Below the pieces are notes generated by a model. That model was not told the origin of the DNA, made no database searches, and saw only the letters and a program-made list of their open reading frames with translations. Source: Octopus sinensis (taxonomy: Eukaryota). From it: a stretch of DNA of 64,000 nucleotides. A program made the translations under genes and the position numbers. Of this stretch, positions 11,042-22,784 are shown in pieces. Location: positions 1-64,000 of the forward strand of contig NW_021834322.1 in NCBI RefSeq assembly GCF_006345805.1. Reading direction: 5' to 3'. Within the stretch, counting starts at the first letter, position 1. The number at the start of each line of letters is the position of its first letter.

Positions 11042-11440
11042 GCGCAGGAGTGGCTGTGTGGTAAGTAGCTTGCTTACCAACAACATGATTCCGGGTTCAG
11101 TCCCACTGCGTGGCACCTTGGGCAAGTGTCTTCTGCTATAGCCCCGGGCCGACCAATGCCTTGTGAGTGGATTTGGTAGACGGAAACTGAAAGAAGCCTG
11201 TCGTATATATGTATATATATGTATGTGTGTGTATATGTTTGTCCCCCTAGCATTGCTTGACAACCGATGCTGGTGTGTTTACGTCCCCGTCACTTAGCAG
11301 TTCGGCAAAAAGAGACCGATAGAATAAGTACTGGGCTTACAAAAAGAATAAGTCCCGGGGTCAAGTTGCTCGACTAAAAGGCGGTGCTCCAGCATGGCCA
11401 CAGTCAAATGACTGAAACAACTAAAAGAGTAAAAGAGTAA
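11042..11440 (+). mobile_element. SINE family A, full length, flanked by a ~111-bp direct repeat
   Basis: 10931-11041 is repeated at 11441-11552. Confidence 0.85.
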
Positions 11441-12789
11441 TACTGGGAATCAATTCCTTCAATTAAAATTCTTCAACCTGGTTCCCCAACAGGGCCACAG
11501 CCAAATGACTAAAACAAGTAAAATATAATAGATAAAAAAAACATAAGCATAGAACCGAAACTAAAATTTGATTCGATTTTTTTCCCCCTTTTTATCAAAA
11601 TAATATACTGATTTACTTAATTATTTCTCATTGAATTAGTTTCCTAATCAAAATCTTTCTTCGAACAATGTCTGTTGCTGTGCTTCTGGGTATAAAATAA
11701 TTTAGGTTTTTCTGTCTGGAAACTAAAATGGAGCAAAATTTTGGTAGAAAAAAAAAGAGAGAGAGCAAGGGGAGGGGAGAGAGAGAGAAAAAAAACTACA
11801 GAGTCTGTGGAATTTCACCTTCACAAACAGGAATATATTTGATTTTGCAATGATTATAGTATGAAACAGTAACATAGAATTTGAAAAATAACTATGTACT
11901 TTTATATTATCATCATTATCACCATCACCATCACTGCTACCATCACCATCAACATCATTATACATGTGTGTGTGTGTGTGTAAGAAAGAGAGAGGGAAAG
12001 AGAGAGAGAGAAAGAGAGAATAACATAATCCATATATATAAAACTCAACTTGTGTGTCTGTGTGTTTAACTTCCCAGCACATCTCCTCCTAGCCAACAAA
12101 TAATAGAACCACCAAAAATGGGTCACTTAAAGTTTAGGCGAATGAAAATTGAACTGCGCTATTTCTGTCCCGAAATTCATCTCGCAAGTGCAAAAATCGA
12201 TAATGTGTTTGTTTAGGCCCTATCCCATGCATTGAATAGTGAACTTTACTCAGTCAGCTGTTTGACGTGAACTGTGTTCACCACGCGTGCAAGCATGCGT
12301 AAATTGCATGAAAAATAAAAAATCAAGATATAAAAACGAATCGCCATAAACATTGTAGAAATTCAGCAAAGAAATGAATTTTCGGGATGTAGCATGGAGG
12401 ATATTTTCGTATTAATCGTTTGGACTTTGTGAACACATACCAATTGTTTTCATAACATTTTTAACGCTTTGAATTAAATGTGACCATTTTGCGTTGAGTC
12501 TGCAGTTTGAATCACTTTAACCAAATTTTAGCAGGCCGGATTTTTGATGATCACGATACATCGCCAGCGACTCCCTGAAACTCTCCCCTGAAATCCCCGT
12601 TGAGAAATACTGATCTAAAAGAATAATTCAACAATGCAATTTTTTGATCAACAAAAATTATGAAATGCTTCTACGTACTTCCTATTGAAGAAATGGAACA
12701 CATAAGCGCAAAAATAGAGGGCATTAAATGCTTGATTTTAAAACCAAAATAATTGAATTTTGATTGAACTTCATCCAAGTTTAGCTTAA

Positions 12790-12830
12790 TTCGCGCGTGC
12801 ATAGAACGCACGAGCGCACAATACTGCTAG
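12790..12830 (+). mobile_element. Possible Helitron 3' end
   Basis: GC-rich imperfect hairpin gcgcgtgc-atagaac-gcacgagcgc followed by tactgCTAG|T, the same terminus as the element ending at 1404. Confidence 0.45.
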
Positions 12831-13515
12831 TATAACATAAAACACCAGAAACTAGGAGATGAATATATTTATTTCACCAATTGATATCCATAAGATTACA
12901 ATTATGTCTGCACTAGTGTACAAATGTACATATTACAAGCTAATATACGTATAGAAGGCTAGCTCATCAGATCCACACAATGTCATGGTTACATCCATTC
13001 TTCAACTCTGCAATTTATGGATATCAATGGGTGAAATATATACACTCATCTCCTACCTCCTAACTTTCTTTATGTTCTAATTGATAAGACTAATTCACTT
13101 AATTATCGCATGAGGTGGCATGCATATTAATTCGATAAGAAAAATAAATGTAATGATCAATTTGATAAAGATCTTAATAGTATTAAACAGGTATTTATGT
13201 CCCAAAGGATTCCACCTTATAAGCAGCTATTTACTGATTTATTAGTTATTAAATCCAATATAGATAGAATCAACAAAAAAAGTACTCATCCGGTGAGAGA
13301 TAATATCAATTTAATACACAAACAGAAGAGAGCTACCAACAGTTTCATGCATCATTGTTTTCAAAATATATCTAACACATACACAGAGCCTGAAAATTGC
13401 TTGAAGATACATGAGATATTTTATAAAAGTGCCTAGTTAAAGTATCATAAAAACATGAAACTATTAGTGGATCTTTCATAATGTATTTTAAATTGATATT
13501 TATATAAATATAGAG

Positions 13516-13805
13516 AGCAATAAGAAAATGGAGGAGATCAATAGGTGATTCATCAACTTTTATACATTATATTATGTCAATTTATTTGTTTATTTACTAA
13601 AATGACAATTACAAGAATATACATACATGTATAACATATTTGGTATCTTTATATATTAATATATTTTATATGTAAAGCATAATATGTTATACATGTATGT
13701 ATATAGTTATGATTGTCAGTTTAGTAAATAAGTAAATAAGTTGACATAATATAATGTCTAAAAGTTGATGAACCACCAATTCATCCCCTCCATTTTCTTA
13801 TTGCT
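13516..13805. repeat. ~290-bp fold-back (MITE-like palindrome)
   Basis: 94-bp outer arms 13516-13609 and 13712-13805 at roughly 90% identity, plus an inner 24-bp perfect arm pair. Confidence 0.8.
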
Positions 13806-13991
13806 ATATAAATTAATGGTAAAATATCTCTTTACCTTCACCCATTTAGTACACTAGGTAATGTAATTGCAATGCAATAAAAAACACATGTGTATTAATA
13901 ATTGGGTATTCCACCAACAGTATATTGGATAGATATTATCCCTTAGTTGGTTGGATTCACAACCTCTAATTTTCTTGGAATTATATAAATA

Positions 13992-14403
13992 TACTCTTTT
14001 ACTTGTTTCAGTCATTTGACTGCGGCCATGCTGAAGCACCGCCTTTAGTCGAGCAAATCGACCCCGGGACTTATTCTTTGTAAGCCCAGTACTTATTCTA
14101 TCGGTCTCTTTTGCCGAACCGCTAAGTGATGGGGACATAAACACACCAGCATTGGTTGTCAAGCAATGCTAGGGGGACAAACACAGACACACAAACACAC
14201 ACACACACACACACATTATATATATATTATATATATATACGACGACGACGGGCTTCTTTCAGTTTCCGTCGACCAAATCCTCTCAAGGCTTTGTCGGCCC
14301 GGGGCTATAGTAGAGACACTTGCCCAAGGTACCACGCAGTGGGACTGAACCCGCAGCCATGTGTTGTTAGCAAGCTACTTACCACACAGCCACTCCTGCG
14401 CCT
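13992..14403 (-). mobile_element. SINE family A, full length
   Basis: Matches the family consensus end to end. Confidence 0.85.
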
Positions 14404-14552
14404 ATTATATATGTATATATATATATCTATAATTATATATATATATATATATATATGCATATATATATGTATATATAGATATTATATACACATACATACA
14501 TATATATACATATATGATATATTATATATTATATATACATATATGTATATAT

Positions 14553-14585
<33 letters not shown>

Positions 14586-14879
14586 GATATATATATATAT
14601 AATAAGCATCTATATATTATATATAATATATTATTTATATATATATACATATATATATCATATATATATATAATATATAATATATATATACATATATATA
14701 GATCATATATGCAAGCATGCTAGTTTCTCTAAAAAGCGTTTGTCTAGTGCACCAACATCAAGTGTATCTGGTGCAGTGTGTAATTCAGCAACACATGAAA
14801 GTGCATTTTAGTGCACTGCATTGCATTGGTGTGTGCGCGTGTGAAAGGAGTGAGATGTAATGGCTGTGGGAGTAAAGCG

Positions 14880-15023
14880 GTGGTGGTGGTGGTGGTGGTG
14901 GTGATAAAACGATGAAGACGATGACGATGATGATAGTGGTGGTGGTGATGACAATAGTAATGATGATGACGACAACATTGGCGAAGATGACGATGATGAT
15001 GGTGGTGGTGGTGGTGATGATAG

Positions 15024-15055
<32 letters not shown>

Positions 15056-15071
15056 GTGGTGGTGATGATAG

Positions 15072-15105
<34 letters not shown>

Positions 15106-15193
15106 GATGATGATGATAAGATATGATATGCTGGGTGGTGATTATAGTGATAATGATGATAGATGATGATGATGGTGGTGGTAGTGATGATAG

Positions 15194-15242
<49 letters not shown>

Positions 15243-15450
15243 GATGATGATGATGCTGGTGGTGGTGATTATAGTGATAATGATGATGATGATGATGATG
15301 ATGGTGGTGGTAGTGATGATAGTGATGATGATGATGATGATGATGATGATGAGATGATATGATGATGAAGATGATGATGATGCTGGTGGTGGGGGATTAT
15401 AGTGATAATGATGATGATGATGATGATGATGGTGGTGGTAGTGATGATAG

Positions 15451-15499
<49 letters not shown>

Positions 15500-15837
15500 G
15501 ATGATGATGGTGGTGGTGGTGGTGATGATAGTGATAATGATGATGATGATGGTGGTGGTGGTGGTGGTGATGATAATGATGATGATGATGATGATGGTGG
15601 TGGGTGGTGGTGATGATGATGGTGGTGGTGGTGGTGATGATAATGATGATGATGATGTGATGATGATGATGGTTGTGGTGGTAGTGATGATAATGATGAT
15701 GATGATGGTGATGGTGATGATGGTGGTGGTGGTGGTGATGATAAATGATGATGAGATGATGATGATGATGCTGGTGGTGTTGGTGGGTGGTGTGATGATG
15801 ATGATAATGATGATGGTGGTGTGATTAAGTGATATGA

Positions 15838-15871
<34 letters not shown>

Positions 15872-15897
15872 GGTGGTGATGATAGTGATAATGATGG

Positions 15898-15928
<31 letters not shown>

Positions 15929-15954
15929 GGTGATGATGATAGTGATAATGATGG

Positions 15955-15985
<31 letters not shown>

Positions 15986-16057
15986 GGTGGTAGTGATGAT
16001 AATGATGATGATGATGGTGGTGGTGGTGGTGGTGGTGATGATAGTGATATGATGGTG

Positions 16058-16088
<31 letters not shown>

Positions 16089-16154
16089 GGAGGTAGTGAT
16101 AAATGATATGATGAGGATGGTGGGGTGTGGTGGTGATGATAGTGATAATGATGG

Positions 16155-16185
<31 letters not shown>

Positions 16186-16201
16186 GGAGGTAGTGATGAT
16201 A

Positions 16202-16233
<32 letters not shown>

Positions 16234-16256
16234 GGTGATGATAGTGATAATGATGG

Positions 16257-16287
<31 letters not shown>

Positions 16288-16355
16288 GGAGGTAGTGATG
16301 ATAATGATGATGATGATGGTGGTGGTGGTGGTGGTGATGATAGTGATAATGATGG

Positions 16356-16386
<31 letters not shown>

Positions 16387-16457
16387 GGTGGTAGTGATGA
16401 TAATGATGATGATGATGATGATGATGATGGTGGTGGTGATGATAGTGATAATGATGG

Positions 16458-16488
<31 letters not shown>

Positions 16489-16504
16489 GGAGGTAGTGAT
16501 GATA

Positions 16505-16536
<32 letters not shown>

Positions 16537-16559
16537 GGTGATGATAGTGATAATGATGG

Positions 16560-16590
<31 letters not shown>

Positions 16591-16606
16591 GGAGGTAGTG
16601 ATGATA

Positions 16607-16638
<32 letters not shown>

Positions 16639-16661
16639 GGTGATGATAGTGATAATGATGG

Positions 16662-16692
<31 letters not shown>

Positions 16693-16769
16693 GGTGGTGG
16701 TAGTGATGATGATAATGATTGTGATGATGATGGTGGTGGTGGTGGTGGTGATGATAGTGATAATGATGG

Positions 16770-16800
<31 letters not shown>

Positions 16801-16905
16801 GGTGGTAGTGATGATAATGATGATGATGATGATGATGATGATGATGTTAGTGATGGTAGTGCTGATGCTCGCTATGATGATGATGATGATAATGATGATG
16901 ATGAT
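14880..16905. repeat. (GAT)n/(GGT)n compound array with a ~100-bp higher-order unit in 16130-16850
   Basis: Recurring gatgatagtgataatgatggtgat...ggaggtagtgatgataat. Confidence 0.9.
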
Positions 16906-17219
16906 CATGGATTGCAGCTGAGCTTTCTGAAGAGGAAAAGCAGAGAAGAGACAAGAGTTGAGAAACAGAAAATTAAAAAAAAAAGAAAAAAAGTAAGAAA
17001 AAAAAATACAGGGACAAACAGACAGGAACGCACCCGCTCACACACCCACACCCAAACAGACATACATATATACAGACAGACAGACAAGCAGCATGACAAA
17101 TATACAGACACAGAGGTGGGGAAGGTGATGGGTAGGTGTTGTTGGCCATGGTTGGCTTGGCAGTATTAGTGCTACTTCACTACTGTTTTATAGGTGGCTG
17201 ATCTGAGATGCCAGTAACA

Positions 17220-17600
17220 GGCAGTGGCAGTGGTGGTGGTAGTGGTGGTGGTAGTAGTGGTGGCAGTGGTGGTGGTAGTGGTGGTGGTAGTGGTGGTGGT
17301 GGTGGTAGTGGTGGTGGTGGTAGTGGTGGTGGTAGTGGTAGTGGTAGTAGTGGTGGTGGTGGTGGTAGTGGTGGTGGTAGTAGTGGTGGTGGTAGTAGTG
17401 GTGGTAGTAGTGGTGGTGGTAAAAGTGGTGGTGGTAGTAGTGGTGGTGGTAGTGGTGGTGGTAGCAGTGGTGGTGGTAGTAGTGGTGGTGGTAGTGGTGG
17501 TGGTAGCAGTGGTAGTGGTAGTAGTGGTGGTGGTAGTGGTGGTGGTGGCAGTGGTGGTGGTGGCAGTGGTGGTGGTAGTAGTGGCGGTGGTGGTGGTGTT
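17220..17600. repeat. (GGT/AGT)n compound microsatellite
   Basis: Directly visible simple repeats. Confidence 0.9.
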
Positions 17601-17949
17601 GGAGCATGTTGGTGCAGTGCCCCATGTAGGAACAGGTGAAGTGGAGGGTGGTGGTCACATGGCGCGGGACAGCGCCTCAGGTAATAACGAGAGCTTCTGT
17701 AATAAGAACACAAGAGGTGCGATGTAGGAATCATTGAACAATGTTTCGATGCATTCTGTGGAATCGGTAATATTTGCAAGACTGCCTTAAGAAGCTAATT
17801 TCAAGGTTCATTATGGTTTCCAGAGTGTCAAGTAACGAGATGAAAATTGTACTGAAAGTTCGTTATAAAAATAATTATTTTTCGTTTAAGTGGTTGTTAG
17901 GTGAATTTAGTCATTATGTAAATTTAGAAACGGTTATATGGTCGTTTGT

Positions 17950-18105
17950 TATTATTATCATTATTATTATTATTATTATTATTTATTTTTATTATTATTA
18001 ATATTATTATTATTATTATTAATATTATTATTATTATTATTACTATTATTATTTTTATTATTATTATTAATATTATTATTATTGTTGTTATGATTATTAT
18101 ATTAT

Positions 18106-18136
<31 letters not shown>

Positions 18137-18189
18137 TTATTTTTATTATTATTATTAATATTATTATTATTATTATTATTATTGTTATT

Positions 18190-18220
<31 letters not shown>

Positions 18221-18249
18221 TTATTAATATTTTATTATTATTATTATTA

Positions 18250-18332
<83 letters not shown>

Positions 18333-18360
18333 GTTATTATTATTATTATTACTATTATTC
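17950..18360. repeat. (ATT)n field
   Basis: Directly visible simple repeats. Confidence 0.9.
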
Positions 18361-18731
18361 TTGTTTAGGTGGAGAGCTGGCAGCATCGTTAGCACACCAG
18401 GCTAGTGTCATTATGTTCTGAGTTCAAATTCTGCCAGGCTTGCTTCTTCCCTATCATCCTCCCGGGGGTCAATAAAAGAAGTAATTTGTGTATGTTTGTG
18501 CATGTATTTTTGTGTGTCTCTGTTTGTCCCCCCCCCCATCACTTGACAACCGATGCTGGTGTGTTTACATCTCTGTAACTTAGTGGTTCGGCGAAAGAGA
18601 CCAATAGAATAAGTACTAGGCTTACAAAGAATAAGTCCTGGGGTCGATCTGCTTGATTAAAAGGCAGTGCTCCAGCATGGCCACAGTCAAATGACTGAAA
18701 CAAGTAAAAGGGTAAAGAGTAAAAGAGATTA

Positions 18732-19075
18732 GCACAGGTGTGGCTGTGTGGTAAGATGCTCATTTCCCAACCACATGGTTCCGAGTTCAGTCCCACTGCA
18801 TGGTACCTTGGACAAGTGTCTTCTACTATAGCCCTAGCCCTAGTGAGTGGATTTGGTAGACAGAAACTGAAAGAAACCTGCCATATATATATATAATATA
18901 TATAATATATATAATGATGATGTGTGTGTGTCTGTGTTTGCACCCCCACCATCACTTGACAACCAATGCTGGTGTGTTTATGTCCTCATAACTTAGCAGT
19001 TTGGCAAAAAACACTGATAGAATAAGTACTAGGCTTACAAAGAATAAGTTCTGGTGTTGATTTCTTTGACTAAAA
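18732..19075 (+). mobile_element. SINE family A (a further 3' half lies just upstream at 18490-18725)
   Basis: Matches the family consensus. Confidence 0.75.
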
Positions 19076-19082
19076 CCCTTTA

Positions 19083-19509
19083 AGGTTGCGATTAAAACAA
19101 CTGAGATTGGTCAATAGAGACAGGCCAATTCTCTTGCAAGACAATGCTCGACCACATGTTGCACAAAGAACACTACTCATGTTAGAGGAACTCAACTTGG
19201 AAGTACTCCATCATCCACCATATTCTCCAGACCTTGCACGAACTGACTATCACGTTTTCTAGGCATTTGATGACTTTTTGCAAGGAAAAACCTTCAAATC
19301 TGAAGAAGATGCAAAAAACAGCCTTTTGTTATTCCATCACCTCTTGCTCTCCAGAATTCTTCATTGCTGGCATAAATAAGCTACTGATAAAATGGCAAAA
19401 TTGTGTTGATAACTTAGGTGCATACTTTGATTAACGGCATTGCTTTTTGCTGAGATAAAGTAAAATAAACTTTCAGTTCAAAATTGGACATTTCCTTAAT
19501 GACCTGATA
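19083..19509 (+). mobile_element. Mariner (DD34D, Hsmar1/cecropia-like) transposase C-terminal relic with right TIR
   Basis: Reads RPILLQDNARPHVAQRTLLMLEELNLEVLHHPPYSPDLARTDYHVF*AFDDFLQGKTF...GINKLLIKWQNCVDNLGAYFD*, followed by ...ttccttaatgacctgaTA. Confidence 0.9.
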
Positions 19510-19648
19510 TATATAACCAAAATAGAAAGGGCCAGAACAACATGCCTAGGACAACTTAGTATACCTAACTGGATATCCCCTTCTTTGTGCATGCACGAGA
19601 TGCGACACAAACTGCACAGATTGATGCAACACAATTAGATGCATAACA

Positions 19649-22381
19649 TCCTGAGGGTGGAAGATATTAAGCAATTAGAATCCTGCGATCACCTCTGTCT
19701 ACGCCGTATCCTTCGTGTCCGATGGCATCACTTTGTCTCCAACAATTCGGTGCGACACCAGTGCAAAATTACCTCTCTCCGACAAGTCATCCTAACGAGA
19801 CGTCTGCGTTGGCTGGGTCATGCCCTCTGTCGTCAACCAGGAGAATTATCTACAAAGCAATTGCCCCAGCTCCCCTTCAGGGTTGGCGAAAGTGATGTGG
19901 TGGACAACGAAAAACCTGGCTGATGACAGTCAAGGCTGATCTGGAACCCAACCTACGAAGCAATTGCCCCAGCTCCCCTTCAGGGTTGGCGAAAGCGATG
20001 TGGTGGACAACGAAAAACCTGGCTGATGACAGTCAAGGCTGATCTGGAACCCAACCAACGAAGCAATTGCCCCAGCTCCCCTTCAGGGTTGGCGAAAGCG
20101 ATGTGGTGGACAACGAAAAACCTGGCTGATGACAGTCAAGGCTGATCTGGAACCCAACCTACGAAGCAATTGCCCCAGCTCCCCTTCAGGGTTGGCGAAA
20201 GCGATGTGGTGGACAACGAAAAACCTGGCTGATGACAGTCAGGCTGATCTGGAACCCAACCTACGAAGCAATTGCCCCAGCTCCCCTCAGGTTGGCGAAA
20301 GCGATGTGGTGGACAACGAAAAACCTGGCTGATGACAGTCAAGGCTCATCTGGAACCCAACCTACGAAGCAATTGTCCCAGCTCCCCTTCAAGGTTGGCG
20401 AAAGTGATGTGGTGGACAATGAAAAACCTGGCTGATGACAGTCAAGGCTGATCTGGAACCCAACCTACGAAGCAATTGCCCCAGCTCCCCTTCAAGGTTG
20501 GCGAAAGTGTTGTGGTGGACAATGAAAAACCTGGCTGATGACAGTCAAGGCTGATCTGGAACCCAACCTACGAAGCAATTGCCCCAGCTCCCCTTCAGGG
20601 TTGGCGAAAGCGATGTGGTGGACAATGAAAAACCTGGCTGATGACAGTCAAGGCTGATCTGGAACCCACCTACGAAGCAATTGCCCCAGCTCCCCTTCAG
20701 GGTTGGCGAAAGCGATGTGGTGGACAATGAAAAACCTGGCTGATGACAGTCAAGGCTGATCTGGAACCCAACCTACGAAGCAATTGCCCCAGCTCCCCTT
20801 CAGGGTTGGCGAAAGCGATGTGGTGGACAACGAAAAACCTGGCTGATGACAGTCAAGGCTGATCTGGAACCCAACCTATGAAGCAATTGCCCCAGCTCCC
20901 CTTCAGGGTTGGCGAAAGCGATGTGGTGGACAACGAAAAACCAGGCTGATGACAGTCAAGGCTGATCTGGAACCCAACCTACGAAGCAATTGCCCCAGCT
21001 CCCCTTCAGGGTTGGCGAAAGCGATGTGGTGGACAACGAAAAACCTGGCTGATGACAGTCAAGGCTGATCTGGAACCCAACCTACGAAGCAATTGCCCCA
21101 GCTCCCCTTCAGGGTTGGCGAAAGCGATGTGGTGGACAACGAAAAACCTGGCTGATGACAGTCAAGGCTGATCTGGAACCCAACCTACGAAGCATTGCCC
21201 CAGCTCCCCTTCAGGTTGGCGAAAGCGATGTGGTGGACAACGAAAAACCTGGCTGATGACAGTCAAGGCTGATCTGGAACCCAACCTACGAAGCAATTGC
21301 CCCAGCTCCCCTTCAGGGTTGGCGAAAGCGATGTGGTGGACAACGAAAAACCTGGCTGATGACAGTCAAGGCTGATCTGGAACCAACCTATGAAGCAATT
21401 GCCCAGCCCCCTTCAGGGTTGGCGAAAGCGATGTGGTGGACAACGAAAAACCTGGCTGATGACAGTCAAGGCTGATCTGGAACCCAACTACGAAGCAATT
21501 GCCCCAGCTCCCCTTTAGGGTTGGCGAAAGCGATGTGGTGGACAACGAAAAACCTGGCTGATGACAGTCAAGGCTGATCTGGAACCCAACCTATGAAGCA
21601 ATTGCCCCAGCTCCCCTTCAGGTTGGCGAAAGCGATGTGGTGGACAACGAAAAACCTGGCTGATGACAGTCAAGGCTGATCTGGAACCCAACCTACGAAG
21701 CAATTGCCCCAGCTCCCCTTCAGGGTTGGCGAAAGCGATGTGGTGGACAACGAAAAACATGGCTGATGACAGTCAAGGCTGATCTGGAACCCAACCTACG
21801 AAGCAATTGCCCCAGCTCCCCTTCAGGTTGGCGAAAGCGATGTGGTGGACAACGAAAAAACCTGCTGATGACAGTCAAGGCTGATCTGGAACCCAACCTA
21901 CGAAGCAATTTCCCCAGCTCCCCTTCAGGGTTGGCGAAAGCGATGTGGTGGACAACGAAAAACCTGGCTGATGACAGTCAAGGCTGATCTGGAACCCAAC
22001 CTACGAAGCAATTGCCCCAGCTCCCCTTCAGGGTTGGCGAAAGCGATGTGGTGGACAACGAAAAACCTGGCTGATGACAGTCAAGGCTGATCTGGAACCC
22101 AACCTACGAAGCAATTGCCCCAGCTCCCCTTCAGGGTTGGCGAAAGCGATGTGGTGGACAACGAAAAACCTGGCTGATGACAGTCAAGGCTGATCTGGAA
22201 CCCAACCTAGGCCCCCATGTCTACGGCATTTGCCGCTGGGATAGGGAGTGGTTGGAGATCACACGGTCGTTAGCCTCAAATCGCCAGGTCTGGTCAGCGT
22301 TTGTGAGAGATGCAGCATTGAGGATGAATGAAGTCAGCTCAACCCACCCCGGGTGAATGCTGTCTCAAGACAAGAAGACAA
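19649..22381 (+). mobile_element. 5'-truncated RTE-clade LINE 3' end with an internal 103-bp tandem expansion
   Basis: LRVEDIKQLESCDHLCLRRILRVRW...RRLRWLGHALC, then the array, then LGPHVYGICRWDREWLEITRSLASNRQVWSAFVRDAALRMNEVSSTHPG* (stop at 22354-56), then a short caagacaagaagacaa tail. Confidence 0.85.
19851..22209. repeat. 103-bp minisatellite, about 23 copies
   Basis: gcaattgccc recurs at 19857 and 19960; the unit encodes YEAIAPAPLQGWRKRCGGQRKTWLMTVKADLEPN. Confidence 0.95.
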
Positions 22382-22784
22382 AACATAACAAACAATTGCA
22401 GGATGTGTCGAAATGATCGTTGTACTGAACAAAAACTGGTGCTAAATCTATCTTCCGTATCCTTCGTCAGTTATTACTATTAACATGTATATATTATCAA
22501 GGATATATTTTGAAAATATTCCATGCATATTTCTTCAGTAGTGATTAGAATATCTTCCTATATCTTCATCTGAAAGACTGGAAAACAGTAAAATCTGCCA
22601 TATGTTGCTTCCATCTGATATTCCTCACACATGCATTAATAAAATATTATTCTCAGATGAAATGAAGCTCAGTTTTATTAATAAAAGATTACTTTTGGTA
22701 AAATATGATATGCTAAAATAGAACAACTTAAAATAGAACACTGTTCGTTGCTTGGATTTAGCACTTTTAGATTTCTTGGAACTT

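Noticed and set aside
11815-11900. Candidate first exon of the IA-2-like gene (donor aag|gtgaaa)
   Set aside because: The phase-1 frame has an upstream stop and no Met or signal peptide.
12595-12612. hAT-like terminal sequence gttgagaaatactg (similar one at 57144-57159)
   Set aside because: No partner TIR or 8-bp TSD found by eye, so too weak to call.
14912-17779. Asp/Gly-rich and poly-Pro ORFs up to 503 aa resembling biomineral or structural proteins
   Set aside because: Several frames on both strands are open because GAT/GGT repeats lack stops; there is no unique coding sequence or signal peptide.
19851-22209. Possible CRISPR-like array
   Set aside because: No spacers; the unit is a slice of an RTE ORF.
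22400-22500. Minus-strand CTGACGAAG as another hammerhead start
   Set aside because: No downstream GAAA with a pairing stem II or stem III.
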